A stretch of 32,000 nt of DNA from Microcystis aeruginosa NIES-2549 (GCF_000981785.2 NZ_CP011304.1:3150001-3182000), one strand, 5' to 3'. Numbered from the stretch's first letter, positions 16,686-26,094 are shown. Numbers and translations: made by a program. The notes: generated by a model not told the origin, from the letters alone.

Positions 16686-17947
16686 TTTAACCTTTGACTC
16701 ACCCCGGCAATAGCAGCCAAGAGAAACCAAACAATAGTATTAATCTTGACATCGGAGAGGGTAACATCGACGAGATTAAATAAAACACAAGCACCAAAGG
16801 CCACCAGATAGGTAAAGATAATTAACTCACCCCCGGCTTTTTGTTGCCGTAGAAAGATAAATAAACGCAACCCTTGAGCATAAATCCAACCCACCCAAAC
16901 AGACAATAAAATTAAGCCAATAATTCCCGTTTCTGCCATTAACATCAAATATAAATTATGGGGATGACCCAACCATAATCCCTGACTTTTTTCGTAGAGA
17001 GGTGTAAAACTGCGTAATCCCCAACCGAATAGGGGTCTTTCTTGGGTCATTTCTAGAGTAAAACGCCATTGAGTTGATCTGAGAGTAGCTAGAGGGCGAT
17101 TAGGGAACATTTCATCGGATAATCGCGCCCAAATCGCCCTAGGAACCAAAAAACGCAAACTATCCCTGAAAGGATTTGGCCCCCAAGAAGCAAGAGAAAT
17201 CACCCCTCCCAAGAGGACAAAACCGGCGACTAAGGCATTCCAACCCAGATAAAGGGCGAAAATTAGGCACCCTAAAAAGGCTAAGGCCCAAGCATTGCGA
17301 GAATTACTTAAAAATAGCCCTACACTATCGATAAATATGGTTAAAGTTAAAAACCCGATTTTGAGATTTAGATTCCGATTTCTTTGTCTGTGCCACTGCC
17401 GACAAGTTAGAATTAATAAACCGAGGGCTAAAATCAGAGTTATGAGTAAATAAGCCCCCAAAAGATTAGCATACATAAAAACCGAAGACATTCGCCCCAA
17501 AGGTTCACCCCCCGCTCCGTAGGGCCAGGTAAAAATCCCTTTTAATGCTTCCGGTTTTTGCCAACCGAGAAAAATTTGTCCCCATCCCATCACCACTACC
17601 CAAACTGAGGGGATAACCATCGCCCAAGCTAGTTGACGCAATTGAGAGGGTTTTTTAATTAATTGCCGAATATTGCTAAAAAAGAAGAAAAAAGGCAGGA
17701 AATTTCCTAAACCAATCCAAGCATTCCCCGGAGTTAGGGAAAGACTGGCACTAATCATCAACCAAAGAGTGACGATACCGAGACCTTGATTGAGACGTGA
17801 CTGGATAATTGCCCGAAAATTGCCAGTAAAAACCCTAATTAACACGATAATAATGCCGATACCCGCTAACTCTGGCAGGATCATGGCGATAAAAACTGAA
17901 AAAAGTATTAAATTCCACTCCCACCCTTGACAAAAAATCTTTTTCAT
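16673..17947 (-). CDS. O-antigen ligase / polymerase (Wzy_C) family membrane protein
   Basis: The protein is polytopic, and a central segment ...LFLSNSRNAWALAFLG... is typical of the O-antigen ligase domain. I prefer the ATG at 17947 (MKKIF...), which sits 1 nt after the upstream gene's stop. The ORF-track start is 17974. Confidence 0.65.
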   Translation of the reverse strand: MKKIFCQGWEWNLILFSVFIAMILPELAGIGIIIVLIRVFTGNFRAIIQSRLNQGLGIVTLWLMISASLSLTPGNAWIGLGNFLPFFFFFSNIRQLIKKPSQLRQLAWAMVIPSVWVVVMGWGQIFLGWQKPEALKGIFTWPYGAGGEPLGRMSSVFMYANLLGAYLLITLILALGLLILTCRQWHRQRNRNLNLKIGFLTLTIFIDSVGLFLSNSRNAWALAFLGCLIFALYLGWNALVAGFVLLGGVISLASWGPNPFRDSLRFLVPRAIWARLSDEMFPNRPLATLRSTQWRFTLEMTQERPLFGWGLRSFTPLYEKSQGLWLGHPHNLYLMLMAETGIIGLILLSVWVGWIYAQGLRLFIFLRQQKAGGELIIFTYLVAFGACVLFNLVDVTLSDVKINTIVWFLLAAIAGVSQRLNYEL

Positions 17948-17948
17948 G

Positions 17949-18776
17949 TTAAGCGGGTTGCCAACAATCGTCACGAGTCAGACGAATTTGGGCAAGGGCA
18001 AAAATAGTCGGGATAATCCGGCCGTAGTCAGTGGCGATCGCCTTCCAACCGAGATCAGCAATAAACCAACCCCATAAAGCCGGTCCGACTAAACTTAACA
18101 CGGTTCTGACCGCTCCGTAGCGGGCCGCCGCCCGAGTCATGCCCTGTTTAGCCGTTTGTAGGGCGATTTGATTAGCAATTGCCCCACCCTGGACTAGGGC
18201 AGTCTTTGCCCCTTGATAGCGGGCAAAATGGAGAGCGAACTGCCCGGCGATATGTTTAAGCAGAATCGGTTTCAGGATAGAATTAATGGCGATGACGCTG
18301 CCGCCTTTGAAGACTATATCGAGGGGATTATGTTGTAGGTGAACGGGTAAGGGTTGGAGAGTGTGGGAATCCGCGAGCGCCTTTTGAATTTGAATCGAGA
18401 GGGATTTTTGTTCCGATGGGGGGAGACGTTTCCAAGCTTTGTTAACGAGGTGAAGATAGATTTCCGCTTCAATTTCCGTTGTCGGCATTTTTTGGGAGTA
18501 GGGAACCTTGAGGAAATGACAGACACGGACGAGAATTTGACGATAACTAACTTTTTCGGTTTGACCTTTTAATACTGTCACACCATCGGCAGCCAAATAA
18601 CGAAAACGATCCTCGACGCTATCTAACCAACTATCCCAATCTTGACTTTGAACGGCGATTGCGTCCGGCGCTCGTAGATAATCGAGAGGGTTAAAACGAC
18701 GGCAAAAGAGGATGTTAGTGATTTGCTGCAGTTCCTCCTCGGTGGCTAACTCCAAAGCTGTGCGTAGTTCGTCCAA
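17949..18776 (-). CDS. Conserved hypothetical protein, YaaW/UPF0174-like (DUF3944 N-terminus)
   Basis: The pattern ...EEELQQITNILF...YRQILVRVCHFLKVPYSQKMPTTEIEAEIYLHLVNKAWKRL... resembles my recollection of E. coli YaaW. This was not searched. Confidence 0.45.
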   Translation of the reverse strand: MDELRTALELATEEELQQITNILFCRRFNPLDYLRAPDAIAVQSQDWDSWLDSVEDRFRYLAADGVTVLKGQTEKVSYRQILVRVCHFLKVPYSQKMPTTEIEAEIYLHLVNKAWKRLPPSEQKSLSIQIQKALADSHTLQPLPVHLQHNPLDIVFKGGSVIAINSILKPILLKHIAGQFALHFARYQGAKTALVQGGAIANQIALQTAKQGMTRAAARYGAVRTVLSLVGPALWGWFIADLGWKAIATDYGRIIPTIFALAQIRLTRDDCWQPA

Positions 18777-19195
18777 TGTGGTTTCTCCTCCTCAGCCCCA
18801 ATAATTAAATCAGTTTCGCTAGTGCTGATTACTACTAATAGTGAACTACTCTCAAGGTCATTGAGAGCTTCCTGCTTCAATGAGATGCGCTTTCTACCTC
18901 GAAAGATAGCAAGTCTTACCTTCCCTCAACAGGCAGGAGTCCTAGTTCCTAAGACCCATACTTTTTCTTGCAACACGACCCGCCGAAGCTCGCTTATCGC
19001 AGAAGGAATAGCGCTCAAGATGTATTCATTTATAGCACAGTTTTTGAGAATTGCCTATATACTGGTCAGCATTCATGAGGGGAACCCTGGGACGAATTAC
19101 TTCGCCCCTTTAAAAGCCCCTTACCACCGCACTAAGCGCGAGGGACGAATGCTGACACTAAATTAACTCAAGGGTTCACAGGATTAGGAAGGCTA

Positions 19196-20140
19196 GTGAC
19201 AAATTTTTCGATTAATGTTGGGATCATTGGCGCGGGTTTAGCCGGGTTAACCTGCGCTCGTCAGTTGTGCGATCGAGGTTATACTGTTAAGCTATTTGAT
19301 AAGTCTAGAGGCATTGGTGGTCGTTTAGCCACGCGACGGGTTAATCGAGCTAATCAAGAGATGGCTGTGGATCATGGCTTGCCTTTTTTGACTATTCAGG
19401 GCGAAAAAACGGCGGCTTTAATTGATAATCTCCTGAGAGAGAATATAGTTACTTCTTGGTTTGATTCTAGCTATGTTGCTCCTTCTGGCATCAATAGCGT
19501 GGCGAAATTTTTAGCTAAAGGTTTAGAAATTGAACGAGATTTTCTGGTTACTCGTCTGGAAAATCATCAAGAAAAATGGTTTTTAAACAATAACGGTCAA
19601 ATTCGGGGAGAGTTTTCGGTGATTGTCCTGGCTATTCCCGCCCCGCAAGCGGCGTTATTGTTAGAAAACTCTCCCATAACTACTATGCCAGAATTGCGAT
19701 CGATCGTTTACGATCCCTGTTTAACGGTAATGGCGGGTTATGGCGATTCTTTACCCGCAGTTGCTCCCTCCACCGATATCGCTTGGTTAGGACTTGATAG
19801 CAGTAAACGGCAATCATCCCCTGATTATGTCTTTGTTGTGCATAGTAGTGCCGATTTTGCGGTTAAATATCTCGATAGCGAGGATTTGGAAGCAGTTAAG
19901 CTAGATTTGCTCTCTCGAGCTTCTTTGCCTCTCCCGGATTGGTCACAGATTCACCGTTGGCGTTATGCTTTAGTCCGTCAGGGTTTAGCTGTACCCTGTT
20001 TAAGTGTTAATAGTCCTTTACCTCTAGTTGCCTGTGGTGATTGGTGTCAAGGAGGAGATTTATCGAGAAATTCTTCCCTAGAAACGGCCTTAACTTCTGG
20101 GATAGCGGCGGCTAATCAAGTTGAGCAGCTACTCTCTTAA
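19196..20140 (+). CDS. NAD(P)/FAD-dependent oxidoreductase (renalase-like / amine-oxidase fold)
   Basis: The N-terminal Rossmann motif is VGIIGAGLAGLTCA...LFDKSRGIGGR. It uses a GTG start and is 314 aa. Confidence 0.7.
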   Translation: MTNFSINVGIIGAGLAGLTCARQLCDRGYTVKLFDKSRGIGGRLATRRVNRANQEMAVDHGLPFLTIQGEKTAALIDNLLRENIVTSWFDSSYVAPSGINSVAKFLAKGLEIERDFLVTRLENHQEKWFLNNNGQIRGEFSVIVLAIPAPQAALLLENSPITTMPELRSIVYDPCLTVMAGYGDSLPAVAPSTDIAWLGLDSSKRQSSPDYVFVVHSSADFAVKYLDSEDLEAVKLDLLSRASLPLPDWSQIHRWRYALVRQGLAVPCLSVNSPLPLVACGDWCQGGDLSRNSSLETALTSGIAAANQVEQLLS

Positions 20141-20238
20141 GAATCTAGAGACAGGTTTAAATTCTTAGGTTAAGCTTGGGTTAACAAAAGGTTAAATATA
20201 TAATAATGTAGATATCCTATACTGGGGGGTTGGTCACA

Positions 20239-20493
20239 ATGGAAAAATTCAATTCTAAAGATAACTTTCTCTACCCTAAAACCAGCTACAGGGGTTTATT
20301 CACGCCACAAAATCTGGTTTTTAACGCTAACTTGCAGGAATTCGCCCTGAGAGTCTCTTTTATCGCCGGTTTACACAGTGGAGGAAAACTTACCTCTACG
20401 GAAGCTTACGAGAAAATTAACCAGCTTTGGCAAGAGTTGAATACCAGTCGAAAATTCCTACTAGCTAATCATTTTGAGGATCACGGAGATTGA
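20239..20493 (+). CDS. Small conserved hypothetical protein
   Basis: This is the ORF-track frame 20230..20493. I prefer the ATG at 20239 (MEKFNSKDNFLYPKTSYRGLFTPQNLVFNANLQEF...). I assigned no family. Confidence 0.45.
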   Translation: MEKFNSKDNFLYPKTSYRGLFTPQNLVFNANLQEFALRVSFIAGLHSGGKLTSTEAYEKINQLWQELNTSRKFLLANHFEDHGD

Positions 20494-20872
20494 GAGATGG
20501 GGGTTTTTCAGTGACCAGTAATCAGTATCTAAAGTGGCACAGTAACAAAAGTGGGTCAAGTAGTTATTAGTTATCTCAGAGCTTTCTCGCCATAGTTGGC
20601 AGTATTCTGAGAGACTGGGACTGGGTAAGTAGCGACTAATTCCGGTTTAGTCGTCAGAATCGAATATTCACAAGACTGCGGATTGTCCATCCGCTCCTGA
20701 GCATTTCGGCACATGACTTAAGGTGATTTTGAGAGCATCAACGACCGGATCATCGGTCACTTTCGTCTTCGAGATAAAAATGTTACCAAAAGACAAAAAC
20801 GGGTAATTCTCCCGCTACAATGTAGTATTGAGTTGTCAAGAGAACAGTAAAAGAACTGCCAATTGCATCTAG

Positions 20873-22936
20873 ATGCCCCAAGATACTACTAAACAAGCAA
20901 CGGAAAACCCTGTTGTGTCCGACCAGTCCTCCAAGAATCCCTTTTCACTATTTGGTCAATTTTGGGAAAGCCTAAAAATTGTGGCTCAACCCTATTGGTA
21001 TCCAACGGAGTTAAATGGACGTGCCTTTGGAGATGTACTCATTTCTTGGGGGATGTCAGCTTTGGTTTTTTTAAGTATCTTGGCAACGGTGGGGGTAGAA
21101 GCTTTTAGTAGTTACTGGAATCGTTATGTACTCGATATTATTATTGAAGATAGAGACCTTTCTAAATATCTAAATACGTTGTGGTTATCCAGTTTTTTGA
21201 TTATCGTGGCAACGGGTTTATTTGCTTTTTCTCAATTTATTCGTCGCAAAGTAGCCTTAGATTGGTATCAATGGTTAACGAAACAAACCGTTAAAAAGTA
21301 TCTCAATTATCGCGCTTATTATAATATTGATTTTACCTCGGACTTAAAAAATCCCGATCAAAGACTATCTCAAGAAATTGAACCAATTACGACCATGACC
21401 CTAAGGTTGTTAATTACCTTCGTGGAAAAAGGGTTACAAATGATTACTTTTGCGATTATTCTTTGGACAATTTCTCGGCAAATTGCGGTTTATCTGATCA
21501 TTTATACGATCACAGGAAATTTAATAGCAATTTATCTAACTCAAGAATTAAACAAAATTAATCAATCTGAACTTAATAATAAAGCTGATTATAATTATGC
21601 TTTAACCCATGTGCGTAACCACGCCGAATCCATTGCTTTTTTTCAGGGAGAAGAGCAGGAAGAAAAAATCATTGAAGGCCGTTTTGAACGGGTTATTCAA
21701 AGCTCGGAAAAACTGATCAATTGGGAACGGTTTAATAATCTTTTTAATCGAGGTTATCAGTCAGCGATTAGTGTATTTTCAATGTTTATTTTGACCCCGA
21801 TGTTTATTAAAAACGAAATCGATTATGGGGAAATTAGTCAAGCGAGTTTATGCTGTTTCCTTTTTTCTAATGCCTTGGGACAATTAATTACTGAATGGGG
21901 AACATCGGGTAAAGTTTCAAGTTATATTGAACGGTTAGCTACCTTGACAGATGCCTTAAAAGTTGCCAGTGAAGAGCCGAAAAACTTAAGTCGTATTATC
22001 ACCCTGGAAGATAATCGTCTAGCTTTTGAAAATTTTACCCTACAAACTCCCGATTATGAAAAGGTAATTGTGGAGAATTTATCGGTTTCTGTTCCTTTGG
22101 GAGAAAGCCTACTGATTATTGGCCCCAGTGGTCGAGGAAAAAGTTCCTTGTTACGAGCAATCGCCGGTTTATGGAAAGCAGGTAGCGGCCGTTTAGTGCG
22201 TCCTCCTTTAGCTAAAATGTTATTTTTACCCCAACGTCCTTATATTATCCTTGGCACTTTACGCCAGCAATTACTTTATCCCCATACCAATGAGCAGGTG
22301 AGCGATGAAGAATTAGAAAACATCTTAAAAAAAGTCAACCTGCAACATTTATTAACTGACAAAAATACCTTAGATAAACAAGTCAATTGGGAACAAATTT
22401 TATCTCTGGGAGAACAGCAAAGACTAGCTTTTGCTCGACTATTAATCACTAAACCCACTTTTACTATCTTAGATGAAGCAACCAGCGCTTTAGATTTGGC
22501 CAATGAAGCCAGCTTATATCAGCAATTACAGGAAAGTGAAACCACTTTTATTAGTGTTGGTCATCGGGAAAGTTTATTTAATTATCATCGATGGGTCTTA
22601 GAGTTAACAGAAAATTCCCATTGGCAGCTGTCAACTGTAGAAGATTATCAGCGCAAAAAAGTTAATAACCTAGTGATGACATCAAAAAAATCAGAAAATT
22701 TCTCGGCGGTAAAAATAGAGACTTTGTCTGAGGTTAAAACTGAGCATGATGCGGAAATTGCCGGAGTTTCTGAAATAGCCGAAGGTTTGTCCCATCAACA
22801 AATGCAGTCTCTAACTGATTATTCTTTAAGTAACGTCCGGAGTCGTGCCAGTTTAGGTAAAATTATTACTGCCAAAGATGGTTTTAATTATCGTTACGAT
22901 AAAGACCCAAAAACCTTAAAATGGGTGAGAATATAG
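20873..22936 (+). CDS. mdnE: ABC transporter, fused permease and ATPase (SbmA/BacA-ABCD-like TMD); microviridin cluster transporter MdnE-like
   Basis: Walker A is GPSGRGKSS, the signature is LSLGEQQRLAFARL and Walker B is FTILDEATSALD. The N-terminal half is membrane-spanning. The gene is adjacent to the GNAT and converges on the ATP-grasp genes. A tail of about 90 aa follows the NBD. Confidence 0.7.
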   Translation: MPQDTTKQATENPVVSDQSSKNPFSLFGQFWESLKIVAQPYWYPTELNGRAFGDVLISWGMSALVFLSILATVGVEAFSSYWNRYVLDIIIEDRDLSKYLNTLWLSSFLIIVATGLFAFSQFIRRKVALDWYQWLTKQTVKKYLNYRAYYNIDFTSDLKNPDQRLSQEIEPITTMTLRLLITFVEKGLQMITFAIILWTISRQIAVYLIIYTITGNLIAIYLTQELNKINQSELNNKADYNYALTHVRNHAESIAFFQGEEQEEKIIEGRFERVIQSSEKLINWERFNNLFNRGYQSAISVFSMFILTPMFIKNEIDYGEISQASLCCFLFSNALGQLITEWGTSGKVSSYIERLATLTDALKVASEEPKNLSRIITLEDNRLAFENFTLQTPDYEKVIVENLSVSVPLGESLLIIGPSGRGKSSLLRAIAGLWKAGSGRLVRPPLAKMLFLPQRPYIILGTLRQQLLYPHTNEQVSDEELENILKKVNLQHLLTDKNTLDKQVNWEQILSLGEQQRLAFARLLITKPTFTILDEATSALDLANEASLYQQLQESETTFISVGHRESLFNYHRWVLELTENSHWQLSTVEDYQRKKVNNLVMTSKKSENFSAVKIETLSEVKTEHDAEIAGVSEIAEGLSHQQMQSLTDYSLSNVRSRASLGKIITAKDGFNYRYDKDPKTLKWVRI

Positions 22937-23043
22937 CTAATGGGGTGACAAACAGATTGAAAGTGAGACAGAGTATTCAGACTTCCCCCTCTCAGGAGAA
23001 CTAGAGAATGAGGTTTTTGCTGGGTAAGTTGATTAACAAGCTA

Positions 23044-23072
23044 CTAACTGATAACTGATAACTGATAACTGG
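23044..23072. repeat. (CTGATAA)n heptamer array
   Basis: Direct reading gives ctaactgataactgataactgataactgg, just upstream of the GNAT gene. Confidence 0.85.
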
Positions 23073-23089
23073 TATAGGAGTTTTATCAA

Positions 23090-23623
23090 ATGAAAGCACT
23101 GGAAAAACTGGTGACGGAACGATTATATTTAGTCCCCTTCAAGCTTGAACTTCTCAAGGCCGCAATTATAGGTATCGATGAATTAGCAACAATTTTGGGG
23201 GTAAAAGTTGCAGCTGACTGGGCCGAACAAGAGTTGATTCAAGCTTTCCCTGATATTGCCAATATTTTGCTGCAATTCCCCTTACAAAATGAGTGGGGGT
23301 GGGGGAGTTTAATTATTCATCAAGCAGAAAATACCCTTATTGGTCATGTGATGATCAAAATTATTCCTGATGTCACAGGTTTACCCACAGATGCTGTAGA
23401 AATTGGCTATCAAGTAGCGCCGTTATATCGACGACAAGGCTACGCATCCGAGGCGACAAAAGCAATGATGGACTGGACACTTTCTCAACCTGGTATGCAA
23501 ACAGTGACCGCCGGCTGCGCTCCCGATAATATAGCTTCAAAGCGAGTTTTAGAAAAAATAGGCATGGATCTGATAGAAGCACGAGAGAAAGTCTTGGTCT
23601 GGAAATTAAGTAGGGTTTGCTGA
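23090..23623 (+). CDS. mdnD: GNAT family N-acetyltransferase (RimJ/RimL-like); MdnD-like
   Basis: The acetyl-CoA-binding segment is ...IGYQVAPLYRRQGYASEATKAMMDW.... It is 177 aa. The context matches the known N-acetylation of microviridins. Confidence 0.75.
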   Translation: MKALEKLVTERLYLVPFKLELLKAAIIGIDELATILGVKVAADWAEQELIQAFPDIANILLQFPLQNEWGWGSLIIHQAENTLIGHVMIKIIPDVTGLPTDAVEIGYQVAPLYRRQGYASEATKAMMDWTLSQPGMQTVTAGCAPDNIASKRVLEKIGMDLIEAREKVLVWKLSRVC

Positions 23624-23809
23624 AAAAGTTTGTTGGTGGGGTTAGGAGTCAGTTATCAGTTATCAGTTATCAGTTATCAGTTCACTGAGAAAACTCCCCA
23701 CTTCCCCACTTCCCACACCCTACACCCTCTTTCAAGTCAGGAGTCGGGGGGAATCGGGAGTCAGAGCCTCGTCGATGCGATAAAATACTCTGGCTCTGTC
23801 TTTGCCAGT
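23611..23809. mobile_element. MITE-related repeat element filling the mdnD-mdnC spacer
   Basis: It starts with the same terminus, TAGGGTTTGCTGAAAAAGTTT, as the element at 3087. It contains (CAGTTAT)4 at 23650-23677 (a degenerate fifth unit, cagttca, extends it to 23684) followed by CCCCACTT/CCCACAC/CCTACAC units. The far terminus is degenerate. Confidence 0.45.
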
Positions 23810-24784
23810 TTATGAGTTGACAAGGATTTCAGCGATTGCCTGGGAGATAGGAAAATAAGGAGGATAAAGTTCTAGCCAGAAAAACTCGCCAACGGGATTA
23901 ATTTCTAAAAAGATATAACGTTCATCTGGTGTGACAATCATATCAATTGCACCATAATTAAGACCGAAATATTTCATTAATTCTAGTAGTTGCTTTTCAA
24001 TAGTTTTCGGTAAATCGTAGGGTTGCCATTGTTGATGGAGCGCTCTTCCCTCTTTTCGCCAATCGTAGATAGCGCCGTCTAATTGTTGGGAATTAATCGC
24101 CGCCGTAAATATTTGTTCACCGACGATAGTGATGCGTAATTCCAAAGCTTTAGGAATGTTTTCCTGAAAAGTCATGGGACAAAATTGCAAACCTTCCAAA
24201 TTATCTAGGTCTTCCTTAGTAACAGGACTTGTAAAAACAACCATTTCCTCTTGCTTGTCTCCATAAATAGCAAATTGAGAAAGCATTTTAGTCACAATTC
24301 CTGTCGCTTCAAACTCCTGAGCAAATTGCTTGACAGCTTCAGGATTATTAGAAGTTAAAGTCCCAGGAATTAATAAACCTAATTGTTGCGCTACTTGTAA
24401 CTGCAATTGTTTATGATTGGCATGATCTACCTTAGCAATTGGGTCAAGATGAAAACCAGATAAACTAGCAATCATTCCTCGAATACTTAACCGACATTCC
24501 TTAAGAGAAGCTTCGCGAAATTGACTATCCATCCCATCGGGTAATTTTAGTCCGTATCTCATGCGTCGATACCAGACAGAAGAAACTTCTTTTAGCTCTA
24601 ATTTTTGTTCTCCATCGGTAATAATTCCGCCTTTTTTATCGTCTGAGTAAAGATCAACTTTCACCTCTGTAGGGAAGCGATCAGTATCAAAACGGAAGGC
24701 TTTTTTCCCCATCGTTTCTATGGCTTTGATTACCAGAGGAATACTTTCATTATCGTGGCTAAAAGTAACAATTAAAACGGTCAT
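23810..24784 (-). CDS. mdnC: Microviridin ATP-grasp ligase MdnC (omega-ester / lactone-forming)
   Basis: It has the RimK-type ATP-grasp fold. From the ATG at 24784 (AAGGAAA RBS upstream) the protein starts MTVLIVTFSHDNESIPLVIKAIE..., which matches my recollection of the MdnC N-terminus. The ORF-track start at 24841 is a TTG that overlaps mdnB. Confidence 0.9.
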   Translation of the reverse strand: MTVLIVTFSHDNESIPLVIKAIETMGKKAFRFDTDRFPTEVKVDLYSDDKKGGIITDGEQKLELKEVSSVWYRRMRYGLKLPDGMDSQFREASLKECRLSIRGMIASLSGFHLDPIAKVDHANHKQLQLQVAQQLGLLIPGTLTSNNPEAVKQFAQEFEATGIVTKMLSQFAIYGDKQEEMVVFTSPVTKEDLDNLEGLQFCPMTFQENIPKALELRITIVGEQIFTAAINSQQLDGAIYDWRKEGRALHQQWQPYDLPKTIEKQLLELMKYFGLNYGAIDMIVTPDERYIFLEINPVGEFFWLELYPPYFPISQAIAEILVNS

Positions 24785-24837
24785 AGATTTCCTTGAAAAC
24801 TTAGGATTAACAATTTTTTGAGCGCCAGCTTTGCCGA

Positions 24838-25818
24838 TCAACCGAAGACTAAAAAATCAGCGATTGCATTAGAAATAGGTAAATCTAAATCCCGTTCTAA
24901 CATTCCCCACTCACCACCCGGATTAACTTCTAAAAAAACGTATTCTCCCCCAGGAGTTAAGATAAAATCAAACGCCCCAAAATTCAACCCTAAATTAGCC
25001 ATAAAAATCTGAAGTTGCTGCAATAGTGAATCGGGTAAAGTATGATGTTGCCAAGCACCAGGATCAATACCAGGTCTTCGCCAATCTACGGCAGAATTAT
25101 TATACTGAGAAGATTCTAAAGCTCCCACAAATGTCTGTCCATTAACCACGACAACTCTCAATTCTAATTGTTTGGGAATTTCCGCTTGAAAAACCATGGG
25201 ACAATAGCGTAAAGATTCCGCTTCCTCAAGGTCTTCTGCTTTCACCCTACTGGTATAAAGAAAAAATTCCGGCGATTCCATGCTGTGGGCGATCGCAGTT
25301 AACAATTTACTCACCATTCTTCCCTGAACCTGGGAAAAAAACTCCCGGGCAGCATCAGGATTATTGGTAACTAAGGTAGGGGGAATAATTAAGCCAACTT
25401 CTGAGGCCAAACGAAGTTGTAATAACTTATTTTTAGCCTTCTCAATTTGCGCTAAATTATCTAACCAACGCGCTGACCTTAAACTATCCCAAAAACCAGC
25501 CAAAGTCGTCTGGGATTCTCGCACACAAACCTCCCGAAACTGAGGATCTAAATCTCCTGTTAGTTCAGGTTGCCAAATACGTCTTGTCCAAACAGATTGC
25601 ACCTGTTGACTATCAATAGATTGATGGTTATAGGTTAATTGATAAAAACTTTTTTTACCATTAAATTGGGCTGCTAATTGAACCTCTAAGGGAAATTTAT
25701 CGGTATCTAAGCGAAAAGGTGTGACTCCTTTTTTTTCTATCGCCTCAGCCACGCGGTCAATCGTGAAAAAATCGCCGCTATGGGTCAACAATAAAACAAC
25801 TTTAGGCGATTCTTTCAT
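24838..25818 (-). CDS. mdnB: Microviridin ATP-grasp ligase MdnB (omega-amide / lactam-forming)
   Basis: This second ATP-grasp paralogue (326 aa, MKESPKVVLLLTHSGDFFTIDRVAEAIEKKG...) lies immediately downstream of the precursor gene, as in mdnA-B-C. Confidence 0.88.
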   Translation of the reverse strand: MKESPKVVLLLTHSGDFFTIDRVAEAIEKKGVTPFRLDTDKFPLEVQLAAQFNGKKSFYQLTYNHQSIDSQQVQSVWTRRIWQPELTGDLDPQFREVCVRESQTTLAGFWDSLRSARWLDNLAQIEKAKNKLLQLRLASEVGLIIPPTLVTNNPDAAREFFSQVQGRMVSKLLTAIAHSMESPEFFLYTSRVKAEDLEEAESLRYCPMVFQAEIPKQLELRVVVVNGQTFVGALESSQYNNSAVDWRRPGIDPGAWQHHTLPDSLLQQLQIFMANLGLNFGAFDFILTPGGEYVFLEVNPGGEWGMLERDLDLPISNAIADFLVFG

Positions 25819-25945
25819 ATCAGTTGCAAGTCCTTACATTTTAACCCATCTTAAGGCTTTTGGGTCGGTCTTTATTGATCCTAATCTCAAGAAAATGCTG
25901 CAAAAAGTCTTGCTTTTGCTTGACTTATTGCAGTATTGGTTTTTT

Positions 25946-26084
25946 CTTGAGTAATTACTAAAGTTACTTTACAGCACTTCTCAGGATCTCAACGTGCAGT
26001 TTTTTTGGCTGCGAGCCTTGTTAGTGGAGCCTTTAGCTTTTTGTCTGTACGGTGTAATCAAGAAAAGTGCTGTAATTACTCAAG
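25946..26084 (-). promoter_or_regulatory. Long-range inverted repeat (potential RNA stem) in the mdnA-mdnB spacer
   Basis: cttgagtaattac...agcactt (25946-25979) is the reverse complement of aagtgct-gtaattactcaag (26065-26084). That gives 13 + 7 bp with a 14-nt bulge and encloses about 85 nt. It begins about 10 nt after the mdnA stop on the transcript. Confidence 0.4.
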
Positions 26085-26094
26085 TGATCTGAGT

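Noticed and set aside
16437-16690. Possible CRISPR array (many short direct repeats); the same question applies to the heptamer arrays at 3121, 23650 and 26730
   Set aside because: The units are 7-8 nt and directly abutting, with no spacers, and there are no cas genes. These are STRR-like microsatellite arrays, not CRISPR.
18822-19166. Track ORF of 114 aa with a GTG start
   Set aside because: The Arg/Ser/Cys-rich composition is implausible, there is no RBS, and I recognised no motif. I treated the region as non-coding (see the finding at 18777..19195).
20494-20872. ORF-free 379-bp stretch upstream of mdnE, possibly a decayed gene
   Set aside because: A minus-strand frame reads about 40 codons (GNIFISKTKVTDDPVVDALKITLSHVPKCSGADGQSAVL) without a start codon or any recognisable family. 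The evidence is insufficient to call a pseudogene.
23630-23815. Track ORF of 61 aa on the plus strand, in the mdnD-mdnC spacer
   Set aside because: It is a read-through of heptamer arrays (VISYQLSVISYQ...), so it is a repeat artefact.
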